64,000 nucleotides of DNA, taken from the NCBI GenBank assembly GCA_951406725.2, contig OX597819.1, positions 35,712,001-35,776,000 of the forward strand. Direction: 5' to 3'. A program made the translations under genes and the position numbers. The stretch comes from Octopus vulgaris (Eukaryota). Below the pieces are notes generated by a model. That model saw only the letters and a list, made by a program, of their open reading frames with translations. It made no database searches and was not told the DNA's origin. Below, piece by piece: positions 13,161 through 24,372 of the stretch (position 1 is its first letter; each line of letters opens with the position of its first letter).

Positions 13161-13580
13161 TGGTAATAATGGAAATTTTTTAGAAATTTCTGTCAGCTTT
13201 TTTTTCGAGTAGCATGTGTATTGTGAAAAATTATATGGTCATGTCCAATTTTTGGCATATTTGGCATTAGAAATTTTTTGTTTGCCCTTATTTATAAGTT
13301 GTTTATAATTTTAACCTTTAAAGGTATTTTTTAATATGCTGGCCATTGATAAAATTTTTTTTTTTCGAAAAAAATTTTATCCTTCATTAAATATAAATTT
13401 AAGTGTTCACTTCTGGACTCTTTCACTCTGTGAGAGCCTCAGTTCAAATCGCACGTGTCTTGAATGGGCTGGAGTATTTCTATTTTGGATGTATTTGGGG
13501 TACTTAATTGTGCTCATGACTTAGTGTTTTGCTTCTTCCATGGGTATGAGTAAGTATCTCATTTATTTCTTTGCCACATT

Positions 13581-13633
13581 TATCACTGACGAAGGGAGGG
13601 TTCTTACAAACTAATCCTGAAATCAGTCCGATA
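13581..13633 (+). ncRNA. Minimal type I hammerhead ribozyme motif, copy 2 (core intact)
   Basis: TATCA-CTGACGA-[AGGGAGGGTTCTTACAAACTAATCCT]-GAAA-TCAG-TC-CGATA. Predicted cleavage site after 13628. Confidence 0.75.
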
Positions 13634-14385
13634 TGGTAATTAATGGAATTTTTTAGAAATTTCTGTCGGCTTTTTTTTCGATAAGCATGCATATTGTGAA
13701 AAATTATATGGTTATGGATAATATGTCCAATTTTCAGCATATTTGGCATTAGAAATTTTTTCGTTTGCCCTTATTGATAAGTTGTTTATAATTTTAACCT
13801 TTAAAGGTATTTTTTAACATGCTGGCCATTGATAAAAATTTTTTTTTTTTCAAAAATAATTTTATCCTACATTAAATATATATATATATACATATATACA
13901 ATGGACTTCTTTCAGTTTCCATCTACCAAATCCACTCACAAGGCTTTGATCGGCCTGAGGCTATAGTAGAAAACACTTGCCCAAGGTGCCACACAGTGGG
14001 ACTGAACCTGGAACCATGTGGTTCGTAAGCAAGCTACTTACCACACAGCTACTCCTATGTCTATATTAAAAAAAAGAAAAAAAAACAAGAACACCCCCCC
14101 CCCCCAAAAAAAAACAACAACAATGGATTCTGAGCTAGATATACTGGATTGGTTGAAAATCACATGGATTACATTTGTATTCACGAACAAGTGATCCATA
14201 TAGCCAAAAGTTACAAACTTAACTACATGCTTAAATATTATGTATGAGCTGCACACTGGTTGTTTGAATGTATTTCTCTGAGACTACTTCTAAACAAAGG
14301 GTATAATAACAAATGAACAGGTAAGGGAAAAGAAAGGAGTATGGGGCTGTGATGAACAGTTCCTCATCATCAAAGTTCTCCTGAA

Positions 14386-14606
14386 CCCTTTCGTTACCAA
14401 CCTGGCTGAAACCGCCTCTGGCTTTGTAGTACAAATGTCTTGTTTTCATAAGTTTTGAATTAAAATCTTCCACCAAACCTTAGTCACAATGTATGTCCCT
14501 AACACTAGCTTAATGATAACTAAGTTATTTTACTAAATTCTTTGTTATATTTAAAGTAATTGAAAGAAACACAGAGCATCTCAAAATAAATACAGTAACA
14601 AAAGGG
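14386..14606. mobile_element. piggyBac-like MITE
   Basis: TIR CCCTTTCGTTAC/GTAACAAAAGGG with flanks TGAA/TTAA. A degenerate inverted relative lies near 24989-25170. Confidence 0.7.
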
Positions 14607-14644
14607 TTAAGGAGGCCAATCAACACTGCCATAGTTTTCTAACA

Positions 14645-15230
14645 ATATGGCTAGACTACAAAAAAGCTGTTTGCCTCTGTCTGTCACTCATGGATTTGCT
14701 TGACTAAAGGTGGTGCTGCAGCATGGCTACAGTCAAATGACTGAAACAAGTAAAAGAGTAAAAGAATGCTATCTGCAAGAAGGATTGCTCTGATTGTTAT
14801 ATCAATGGCATGGCAGAACCAGAATGCATTTACACCTTTAAAAACAAGGAATACTGGTGGAATAGTCTAATAAGAATAGCAATCTGGTTCAAACACCACA
14901 GACCTGATATTGTTTTGTGGGACAGAGAACCAAAGTCATGTACTATTGTAGAAGCCAGCTGTCCAATGGATGTAAACACACCATCAGGTAAAAAGAGAAT
15001 ATGGTGAACTAATAGGAAATTTACAGCTCTTGTATCTTGGTTATAGATTTTCATTTGTATCCATCATCAGAGGTGCATTAGTTTATGTAATAATGGATTT
15101 GAACAAAAAGTGAGAAATACCAAGATTCTCTAAGAAAGAGCAAAAGAAATTGATGTCCATCCTACAAATCCAATTTATCAGTAACATAGTAAAAATCTGC
15201 GAGACATTCTCAAAATTCTTCTTTTGCGAT
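14645..15230 (+). pseudogene. Fragments of an RLE-encoding non-LTR retrotransposon (R4/NeSL-like)
   Basis: Frameshifted RT motif WLDYKKA-F.SV.HSWI at 14647-14696, then a SINE A tail, then the endonuclease motif EYWWN..KHHRPDIVLWD..CTIVEASCPMDVN. Confidence 0.75.
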
Positions 15231-15358
15231 CCTTTAAATGAATATATGCACGCACTTGGTTGTATGTATCTACAAAACCACATAAGTAAAAAAATAATCA
15301 TATATACACACTCACATGCACATGTTTAAGAGCTACAGAAATGTGTGTGTATATATAT

Positions 15359-15360
<2 letters not shown>

Positions 15361-15391
<31 letters not shown>

Positions 15392-15517
15392 GTTTAGCGT
15401 CCGTTTTCCATGCTAGCATGGGTTGGACGGTTCAACTGGGGTCTGTGAAGCCAGAAGGCTTCATCAGGCCCAGTCAGATCTGGCAGTGTTTCTACGGCTG
15501 GATGCCCTTCCTAACGC
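15361..15517 (-). mobile_element. RTE-type 3' tail repeat (family E)
   Basis: (CAT)n then CGTTTAGCGTCCGTTTTCCATGCTAGCATGGG..GGATGCCCTTCCTAACGC. Confidence 0.8.
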
Positions 15518-16264
15518 TATATATATATATATATCTGTGTGTGTATGTGTCTTTGTGTCTGTGTTTGTCCCCCATCACTGCTTGACAACTGGTGTTGGTG
15601 TGTTTACATCCCCATAACTGAGCGAGCAGCTTGGCAAAAGAAGACCAACAGAATAAGCACTAGGCTTTATAAAAAAAATAAGTCCTGGAGTCAATTTGTT
15701 CGGCTAAAACCATTCAAGGCAGTGTCCTAGGTGCAGGTGCAGGTGCATCCACCAAAATATATGGCTACACTGACCCAACCATGTAAAAACCTTGGGAACT
15801 GTCTTAACACAAAAGGTCTTGTCACTTTGTCAGCAACTCCATGAATAAGAACTTGAATAAATCTCAAAGAAGACAGGTATTTTAACACCCAGTGTTATTA
15901 GGAAGTGTCTCTGTCTTTCTATTCTTGTGTTATTTTATTCCTTTATTTGTTTCGGTCATTTGATTGCAACCATGGTAAAGCTTGGCTGCAAAGTAATTTT
16001 CAGTCCATCAAAACAACCCCAATTCTTATTTGCAGGTCATTACTTATTATATTGGTTGCACTTTTCTTTCTCTTTTCTTTATTATTTTGTTGTTGTTGCC
16101 AAACTGCTGTGTTACAGGGTTGTGAAGTGGTGAGGGGCAAGTACAAACTTGTGCACACACACACACACACTCATATACAAATGTTTATCTTCTGCCCATA
16201 TGTACATGTGTGTATGTGTGTGTGTGTGTCTGTGTGTGTGTCTGTGTGTGTGTACACTTCTAAA

Positions 16265-16678
16265 TTCTTTTATTCTTTTTCTTGTTTCAGTCATTTGACT
16301 GTGGCCATGCTAGGACACTGCCTTGAATGGTTTCAGCCAAACAAATTGACTTCAGGACTTATTTTTTTTATAAAGCCTAGTGCTTATTCTGTTGGTCTTC
16401 TTTTGCCAAGCTACCAAGTTATGGGGATGTAAACACACCATTTGTCAAGTAGTGATGGGGTGGGGGACAAACACAGACACGAAGACACACACACACACAG
16501 ATATATATATATGCACACTGGGCTTCTTTCAGTTTCTGTCTACCAAATCCACCCACAAGGCTTTGGTCAGCCTGAGGCTAAGGTAGAAGACTCTTACCCA
16601 AGGAACCACATAGTGGGACTGAACCCAGAATCATGTGGTAGGAAAGCAAGCGTCTTACCACACAGCCCCACCTGCACC
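16265..16678 (-). mobile_element. SINE family A
   Basis: Colinear with the reverse complement of 5431-5817. Confidence 0.85.
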
Positions 16679-16684
16679 TATATA

Positions 16685-16985
16685 TTAGGTTGTCAAGTAT
16701 GAAATTTGTAGTAAGGTGTATGGTAAAATTTGACAGCTGCTCATTTTGCACCAGTATTATATTTTGACAATCTTTATTTTTTTGTTAGAAAGTTGACACA
16801 CCTATTTTTAAAATTTTAACTCCTTTTGTGCTTTATAAAGTATCTATAAATCGGTTTTTGCTATTTTTGTTTAGAGATGGATAAGTCGGAAATTCGTACA
16901 GTTTTGAAATATGAGTTCTTTCTTGGAAATACAGCATCACAGACAGCTCGGAATATTAATGGAGTATATCATTCTAATGTTAATC
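16685..16985 (+). mobile_element. mariner 5' end with the start of the transposase
   Basis: TA followed by TIR TTAGGTTGTCAAGTATGAAATTTGTAG (same family as 41788). The ORF from 16877 reads MDKSEIRTVLKYEFFLGNTASQTARNING, a mariner N-terminal HTH. Confidence 0.85.
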
Positions 16986-17460
16986 TATGGCTGGATGCCC
17001 TTCCTAATGCCAACCATTTTACAGAGTGTGCTGGATGCTTTTATGTGGCACTACACGGGCATTTTATGTGGCACTGCATGGATGCTGTTATGTGACACTG
17101 CATGGGCACTTTTATGTGGCACTGCATGGGCGTTTTTACATGGCATCACCATGGGGGCTTTTCACAACCAGAAGGATCAGTCTTAACACTTCTGCTGTGG
17201 GGTACAGGTCCTCTTGTGTATGGTCAGGTGCCAGGTATCTCGCTCCTTTGTCATCTCACTTGAAAGATTCAGCTTCCTAAGGTCATTCTTCAGTATTTCA
17301 TCCCATGTTTTCTGGGTCTCCCACTTCCACATGTTCCATCCACATCACATGACCAAACCAGTGCAGTCACTTCTCTCGTACACAACAACAAATTCCTCTT
17401 ATGCCTAATTTCTCTCTCAGAACATTGACATTATCGAACATGTACACTTACATTACACAT
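16986..17460 (-). mobile_element. 3' end of an RTE-clade LINE
   Basis: Minus-strand remnants LHWFGHV and RPRKTWDEILKNDLRKLNL, followed by a family E tail. Confidence 0.7.
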
Positions 17461-17461
17461 C

Positions 17462-17592
17462 CAAAAGTAAAATTTTTCCAGGGGCCTGTAAAATACTACT
17501 GTGGATCCTCAATTTACTATTTTGTTGCATGGATCCCCCAAAATCTTATATGGAACCCCAGGGGCCGTATGGACCCTGGCTGAGAACCACTG
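17462..17592. mobile_element. hAT (Charlie-like) MITE terminal fragment
   Basis: Ends in GGCTGAGAACCACTG, the reverse complement of a CAGTGGTTCTCA-type TIR. The other end is not seen. Confidence 0.5.
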
Positions 17593-17929
17593 TCTCAGAT
17601 TAAAATTGAATATTGTGCTGTGTTATTTTTTTGCACTTTTTAAAAAATTCATTTTTTTTTCTACGACCAAAGACTTCAGAACTTGTTGATTGAATATATT
17701 CTTTCTAACAACCAGTACAAAAGAGCCCTAGCCATACATATTTGCATGGCCATATCTCATGAATATTTGATTATTCCTTCCTTGTAGGGGACATTAATTA
17801 TTTACAAAAAACATCTGATACCCTTTGGCTGCATATGAAGCTTGATTTATAATGCTATGATAAATGATAAACTGACCCAGTTGCCTTGTATTGAGTGTAC
17901 TCTTTCTGAAGCCTTCTCAGACAATAGCA

Positions 17930-18255
17930 CACACTCCTCCTCCTCATCCTCCCCCTCCTCCCCCCTCCCCCTCCTCCTCTTCGTCGTCACCACCACCACC
18001 ACCACCACCACCACCGCCGTCGTCGTCATCGTCGTCGTCATCATCAATGCCACCACCACTGCCACTGCCATCATCATCACTGTCGTTAGCGCTTTTGTTG
18101 TTGTTGTTGCTGCTGTTGTCATTTTCGCTGTTGTTAGCATCATCCTTGTCATCATCATTATCATCATTATCATTGTCATCATTGACCTCATCCTTGTCAT
18201 CGTCTTTGTCGTTATCATCAATGTCATCATCATCCTCATCGTCATCATCACCATC
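17930..18255. repeat. Compound (CCT)(CAC)(CAT)(GTT)n array
   Basis: Seen directly. Confidence 0.95.
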
Positions 18256-18418
18256 AAAATTTTTCATTGCTTCCCATGCTGGCAAAGGCTAGCTGGGTTG
18301 CCACAGTTTGAGTTAGCACATATTCAAAAGTATTGCTCAATTTAGAAGGATACCTCACTTGTGCATCTCCATTTTGGTTTGGTTTGTATAGCTGGATGCC
18401 CTTTCAAATACCAACACA

Positions 18419-18844
18419 GGATCTTTTCGGTTTGACTGGCCTTTTTTTTAAATAATTTCCATGTAACTAAACACTTTTAAACTTCGTATACTGATAGAAT
18501 GTGTTTATAAAACATCTTTTTCTCTTGGCTTTATTGAGAAAATTCTATGGTTTGTAAGATATTTGTTTTTTTTTTTACTTCAATTTCTGCAATTTCAACC
18601 AATCAATGATGTCTATTGAGGTGAAAACATTCTGTGCCGTATGAATATGTCCCTCGTTTAAGAAACAGATTGGGTTTATTTACATTTCTGAAGAAAAAAA
18701 AAGATACCCTTCCCCCAACCCCTAACCCTAACCCTAACCCTAAAATAGATTGAAATGCAATAGATCGATACTAGGGTCATAATTATGGGTGACAATTTCA
18801 TATGACACCGCTAGAAAAAACTGCCGGTCAAACTGAAAAGATCC
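18419..18844 (-). mobile_element. Merlin-like MITE with internal (CCCTAA)4, copy 2
   Basis: Reverse complement of 8118-8562 with GG..CC TIRs and a perfect 8-bp TSD CCAACACA (18411-18418 and 18845-18852). Confidence 0.9.
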
Positions 18845-18961
18845 CCAACACATTACAGTACACGAACAGAGCGTACTGTAAAGTGGTGATTGGTGCTAGA
18901 AAAAGCATCCAACTGATATAGTTTGCAGTTGGTATTTTATGAATAATACAGACATACATGT

Positions 18962-19230
18962 GGAGGCACAATGGCCCAGTGGTTAGGGCAGTGGGCTTGC
19001 AGTCGTAGGATCGCGGTTTCGATTCCCAGACTGGGCGTTGTGAGTGTTTATTGAGCGAAAACACCTAAAGCTCCATGTGGCTCCGGCAGGGGGTGGTGGC
19101 GACCCCTGCTGTACTCTTTCGCCACAACTTTCTCTCACTTAGCTTGCTTAGCAGGCTAAAACAATTCGAAGCGCATTGTGATCAGCGATGTGTAGCAACA
19201 TCTGATAGCCTGGTCGGTCATGGTGATCAC
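18962..19230 (+). mobile_element. tRNA-derived SINE family D
   Basis: A-box TGGCCCAGTGG and B-box GTTTCGATTCC; homologous to the copies at 35361 and 44131. Confidence 0.85.
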
Positions 19231-19259
19231 ATACATGCATACATACATACAACAGGCAT

Positions 19260-19882
19260 TTTGATGGTTATGATGGAAAGTGTTCCAGTTGATCTGATCA
19301 ATGGAATAGCCTGCTCATAAAATTAATGTGCAAATGGCTGAGTACTCCACAGATACATGTACCCTTAATGTAGTTCTCAGAGAGATTCGGCTTGACACTG
19401 AAAGCGACAAGACTGACCCTTCGAAATACATGTACTACTAATTTTTGACAGCTGAAGCAACGTGAAATAAAGTGGTCTGCTCAAAGACACAATGTGGTGT
19501 CAAGGATTGAACTCACGACCTTATGATCACGAGCCAAAAAACCCTAACCACTAAGGCACATACCTTCACTTCCTCAGAGCACTGGGTGCTAAAACATCTG
19601 AAAGCCATAGGCAACTCATCTCCAGTCCCATTCAGCTCCCAAAGTGCTATATCACAGTAAACCCTTAATATGGTTCCCAGAGAAATTCAGGGTGACTCAG
19701 AATATAACAAGGCTGGCCCTTTGAATTGCAGGTGCAACCCATTTTTGTCAGCTGAGTGAACTGGAGCAATTTGAAATAAAATATCTTGCTCAAGGAGACA
19801 ACTTGTTTCTGGGAATTGAGCTAATGTCCTTATGGTCATATGACCATGAACTGAATACCATAACAGCTGTCATGCACCTTCA
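19260..19882 (-). mobile_element. Two degenerate CORE-type SINE copies with an alternative tail
   Basis: Reversed CORE-like block (GAAATAAA..TTGCTCAAG..CACAA) near 19460 and 19775, with a shared tail (CCCTTAAT..TCTCAG.GAGATTC) also seen on the + strand near 27690-27840. Confidence 0.6.
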
Positions 19883-19947
19883 CATACATACACACATACA
19901 CACATGTATATATGTTCATATGTTTGTAATATATATATAAATATCTA

Positions 19948-20002
<55 letters not shown>

Positions 20003-20019
20003 GTCTGTTTATCTGTCAG

Positions 20020-20073
<54 letters not shown>

Positions 20074-20089
20074 CATCCATCCATACATA

Positions 20090-20675
20090 CATGGTGGCTG
20101 CCCCCTCGTTATCGAGTATGGCCATTGCACGAAGCTTAATGAATGTTGTTATTGTGCAATGCCTGTGCAAGAAAATTTTTTTTAAAGTGAGGAAAGGCTG
20201 TGCACTGAGTCAATCCCACTCACTAATCCGAAAAGCCATAATCCGAAAAGAAGAACAAGTCAATATCATCGGTAACCACTGAGCCGCAGGTTTTATGTCG
20301 GAGTTATTCCAGTTGCCTGAGTTACCTTCTCCTAGAAGGATGCCCCAACAAAGGCTAGGAGTCCTTCACTCTCAATGGTTTAACCGCGCGATCGGGTATT
20401 CAGTCCAATTATTTCTATGTCCCCGCGCATGATACAGCCTTAAGCCTTAAACCCCCCCCCCAAAAAAAAAACACACATTTATTGGATGGCCGTTGACTCT
20501 CAAGAGTTCCTCCGCCCTTTGATGGGTTTTGTTTTTCATCCCACAGGGTATCCAATAAACACCCTCCTCACCAAGCAAGCTTGGTGGGGCTGCCGGTTTA
20601 GTCTCCAACAGCCCGACCATGCAACAGGTTGTACTAGGTTACATGTTACCAGTAGCACTCAAAAGTGACCTGACA
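20090..20675 (-). mobile_element. CpG-rich non-coding repeat, probably a non-autonomous RTE derivative
   Basis: The minus strand has motifs resembling RTE 5'UTRs (AAAGGGCGGAGGAACTC..TCAACGGCC; GGGGCATCCTTCTAGGAGAAGGTAACTC) and is bounded by microsatellites. Only one copy here; the assignment is by recollection. Confidence 0.4.
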
Positions 20676-20767
20676 CAATATATATATATATATATTATAT
20701 ATATATAAACACACATATATATATATATACACACATACATACATACATACATACATACATACATACA

Positions 20768-20800
<33 letters not shown>

Positions 20801-21192
20801 CATAATCATCATGCTGGCATTGGTTGGACGGTGTGGCCAGAGCTGGCAAGCTAGGAGCTGCACCAGACTCCACTGGCATCGCTTCCTAACATCAATCACT
20901 TTACAGAGTGTGCTGGATGCTTTTATGTGTCGCAGCATGGGCACTTTTATGTATCGCCCCATGGACACTTTTATGTGTATATATGAATGAATGATGATAT
21001 AATATATATATATAACCTTCTATTCTTTTATTCTTTCATTTGTTTCAGTCATTAGACAGTGGCCATGCTAGGTTACCACCTTGAAATTTTAGTCAAATGG
21101 ATCTATCCCTTTCTTTTTTAAAGCCTGGTACTTATTCTATAAGTCTCTTTTACTGAACCACTATGTTACGGGGACATAAACACAAACACATA

Positions 21193-21257
<65 letters not shown>

Positions 21258-21267
21258 TGTTGTTGTT

Positions 21268-21465
21268 GTGACCTCCTTCGGTCATGAATGACCATGGGAT
21301 TGCACCTAGAAAGTTACCCTCCAAGGCACAAGTCTGGGCAAGGTTGTTTATGGAAGACCAGCAGTTGTCCGTACATATCAGCCTCCTCTCTCCACACCAC
21401 CAATGTTATCCAAGGGAAAGGTAAAGGCTGATACAGCTTGGCACCAGTGACATTGCAGCTCATTT
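21268..21465 (-). mobile_element. 3' part of SINE family C
   Basis: Reverse complement of 33000-33191. Confidence 0.8.
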
Positions 21466-21523
21466 ATCAACATGCAAGTTAATAATATATATATATATAA
21501 TTACATAAATAACAAAGAAAATG

Positions 21524-21602
21524 GCTTACTGTTGTTTCTGCTATGAGATGCAATGCACTCAAAGTTGAGTGCTTTAGTATCACCCTATAGCTTCATCAGA
21601 AC
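21524..21602 (-). ncRNA. Type I hammerhead-like motif with a long stem II
   Basis: Minus strand: GTT-CTGATGA-A-GCTAT..GCACTCAA-CT-TTGAGTGC..ATAGC-A-GAAA-CAACA-GTA-AGC. The core is intact but stems I and III are weak. Confidence 0.6.
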
Positions 21603-21632
21603 TTCAAATATTTCCACTTGCTATTTATTTAG

Positions 21633-21702
<70 letters not shown>

Positions 21703-21818
21703 GCTCTGTACTCAACTAATGTTTCTTTCTGAAGCATATGTATATTGTGTTGTAACACCAGGTTATTAGTACCATTATACCTAAGTGAACTATGTATGTA
21801 TGTATGTATGTATGTATG

Positions 21819-21851
<33 letters not shown>

Positions 21852-22136
21852 GTGTATGTGTATATATATATGTATATATATATGAGTGTATGTAAATGGA
21901 ATGATAAATGTCTCTTACAGGAAAAACCATTAGAGAGGCAATTTCTCTGTAAATGTAACAGAAGTAGCCCTGTAAGTGTTACTTATCAATAAATAAATTA
22001 GTGTATCATCCATTTGATCTATTGAATATCTTTATCTGTTGTTTCTTCTGTTTCTGATGGCATCACTAACTACATACATACATGCATACATACTTTCAAA
22101 CATGTGTATATCACCACCACCACCACCACCACCACC

Positions 22137-22214
<78 letters not shown>

Positions 22215-22216
<2 letters not shown>

Positions 22217-23680
22217 TTAATGTCTGTTTTCCATGCATGCATGGGTTGGGCAGTTTGACAGGATCCGGTCAGCTGGTTAGCTACCCAGTTTCCATGTCTG
22301 TTTTGACATGGTTTCTATGGCTGGATGCCCTTCCTAATGTCAACCACTTTACAGAATGTACTGAATGCTTTTACGTAGCACTGGCGTGGATGCTATTATG
22401 TGGTACTAACATGAGTGCATTTTATGTTGGCTCAGCAATCAAGAGACCACAAGGTTAAAAATGCTCAGCTGGAGAGGGATGCCCCAGGATATGCTCATAT
22501 GCAAAGATGACCACGTATTTTCTTAGCTTGACTTGTTTTCTCAAGCACAGAAACCTGCCAGAAGTCTCAGTCCTCTGTCAGCCCCTCCCCTCTGTGAGTC
22601 ACCACTTCATCCCATGTCTACCTGGGTCTACCCCTACCACACGTTTCCTTCACAGTTAGAGCTCAGCACTTCTTGATGCCATAGTCTTCATTCATATGCA
22701 TTACATGACTGTATCAATGCCGTCTTCTCTCTTGAAAACTACATCTGATGCCACATGTACTTTGCTTTTCTCTCAAATGACTTACATTCTGTCATATATG
22801 CACACTGACATTACCTATCCCTAGAACATACTGGATGCATTTCTTTCAAACCTTCACATGTCCTCAGCAGTCATAGCCCATGTTTCATTGCCATGTAGTA
22901 TAGACATCATACAATCTGCCTTTCACTTTGAGGGAGAGGCCCTTCATTACTAACAGCGGTAGTAGCTCTCTTAACTTTGCCCTGCCTCTTATTCTAGTGG
23001 CTATACTTTTGGAATAACCTCTGTCACAGCTAACTTGGTCATCTAAGTAACAGAAACTGCCTACTACTTCTAAGGATCACCCACTGACATTTGAGGAAGT
23101 CTGTATTTTGTACATTCCTGCTATTTAATGTACCTGCTCATCTTCCACATCAAAGACTACTTTCTCAGTTAGTCTTCCAGTGATACTGCTGCACCTCTTA
23201 TGTGTTAATAGCTTGCACTGGGTACACCTTATGCAGTTTCTCCCAACACCTTTTCTACATATCAAGCTGGACCATCTCCTTGAAAGGAACTGTGGCTTGT
23301 TTGTTTTCCTACTTCTATGTCTTTGGTTTTTGCTAAATTAATTCTAAGGCCCTTTGATTCCAGGCTTTGCTGCCATACCCGATATTACTTTTCTAGTTTT
23401 TGTAGTGATTCAGTAATAAGAACACAGTCTTTGATTTTTGCTAAATGAATTCTAAGGCCCTTTGATTCCAGGCTTTGCTGCCATACCTAATATTTCTTCT
23501 CTAGTTTTGGTAGTGATTCAGTAATAAGAACACAGTCATCAGTATAGAGGAGTTCCCAAATGCAGCCAGTATTAAATTTCTCTGTTATAACTTGGAGGAC
23601 TATGATAAACAAGAGTGGGGCTGAGAGCTGATCCCTGATGGACTCCTAGTTGTACATTAAATTCCTTGCTATACTCATTA
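22215..23680 (-). pseudogene. 5'-truncated RTE-clade LINE (RT C-terminal half plus family E tail)
   Basis: Minus-strand motifs GVHQGSALSP, ELLYTDD, CSICRKGVG..C..C..HKRCS, AKLRELLPLL..KGRLYD and HGNETWA, with many frameshifts. Internal 108-bp tandem duplication at about 23320-23538. Confidence 0.88.
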
Positions 23681-24334
23681 GTATGCTCCCTTGTTTGAAA
23701 ATCGGGTAAGGGTTAGTGGCAAGAATGGCATCCAGCTGTAAAACACTGCTTCAATGATATTTATTCATCTAATTCATGTTAGTATGGGAAAAATGGATGT
23801 AAAAATGGAGATGTACAAATGAATAAATATATAAGAGTAAGCAAGAACAATCTAAGTGGAACACAGAGCACAAATACAACAATAATAAATAATATGGACA
23901 AAGAAATTCCTGCATTCAGCTTTTAAAATTATTTTATGAACATTTTCATTGTTGATGATTAAAACATTTCACTTATCTCTCTCTCTCTTGGCACTGAACT
24001 GAAAGAATGGCAGTTTTCTGTTTATTCAATGTTAGATAAAATGAAAATACATGATTTAAATATTATATTTAGTTTCCAGGGCCAAAAACGTAGTCTAAAA
24101 TCAAATGAGAAGATTAAAATTAATAATTTTTTTAAGAGTAGGAATTAATGGTTCACATATAATACAAGAACAAAGAATTAATTTTTCTTTTGACAAAAGG
24201 AATTTCATTTTAAATAGGCCTATTGATGTGTGCATGTATGTGTGTGCTGTATGTGATTTTTGTGTATGTTTGTGTGTCTGTGTGTGTGTGTGTGGGCGTA
24301 TGGGTGTATATGTATGTGTGTGTATGTGTGTGTA

Positions 24335-24372
<38 letters not shown>

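Larger units (their letters stand above)
12957..13880 (+). repeat. Head-to-tail dimer of a 473-bp hammerhead-containing unit
   Basis: GTGAGAGCCTCAGTTCAAATCG at 12957 and 13430; the units are colinear and highly similar, and the second lacks about 30 bp at its end. Confidence 0.92.
12712..14061 (-). mobile_element. SINE family A split by a ~920-bp insertion (12957-13880) in its central microsatellite
   Basis: The tail half (12712-12956) and head half (13881-14061) join into one family A copy. Confidence 0.85.

Noticed and set aside
16990-17165. Regularly spaced TTTTATGTGGCACT repeats resembling a CRISPR array
   Set aside because: The intervening sequences are near-identical and short; it is a minisatellite inside the RTE tail in eukaryotic DNA.
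18962-19035. tRNA gene-like sequences at SINE heads
   Set aside because: They continue directly into SINE bodies and vary between copies, so they are tRNA-derived heads rather than tRNA genes.
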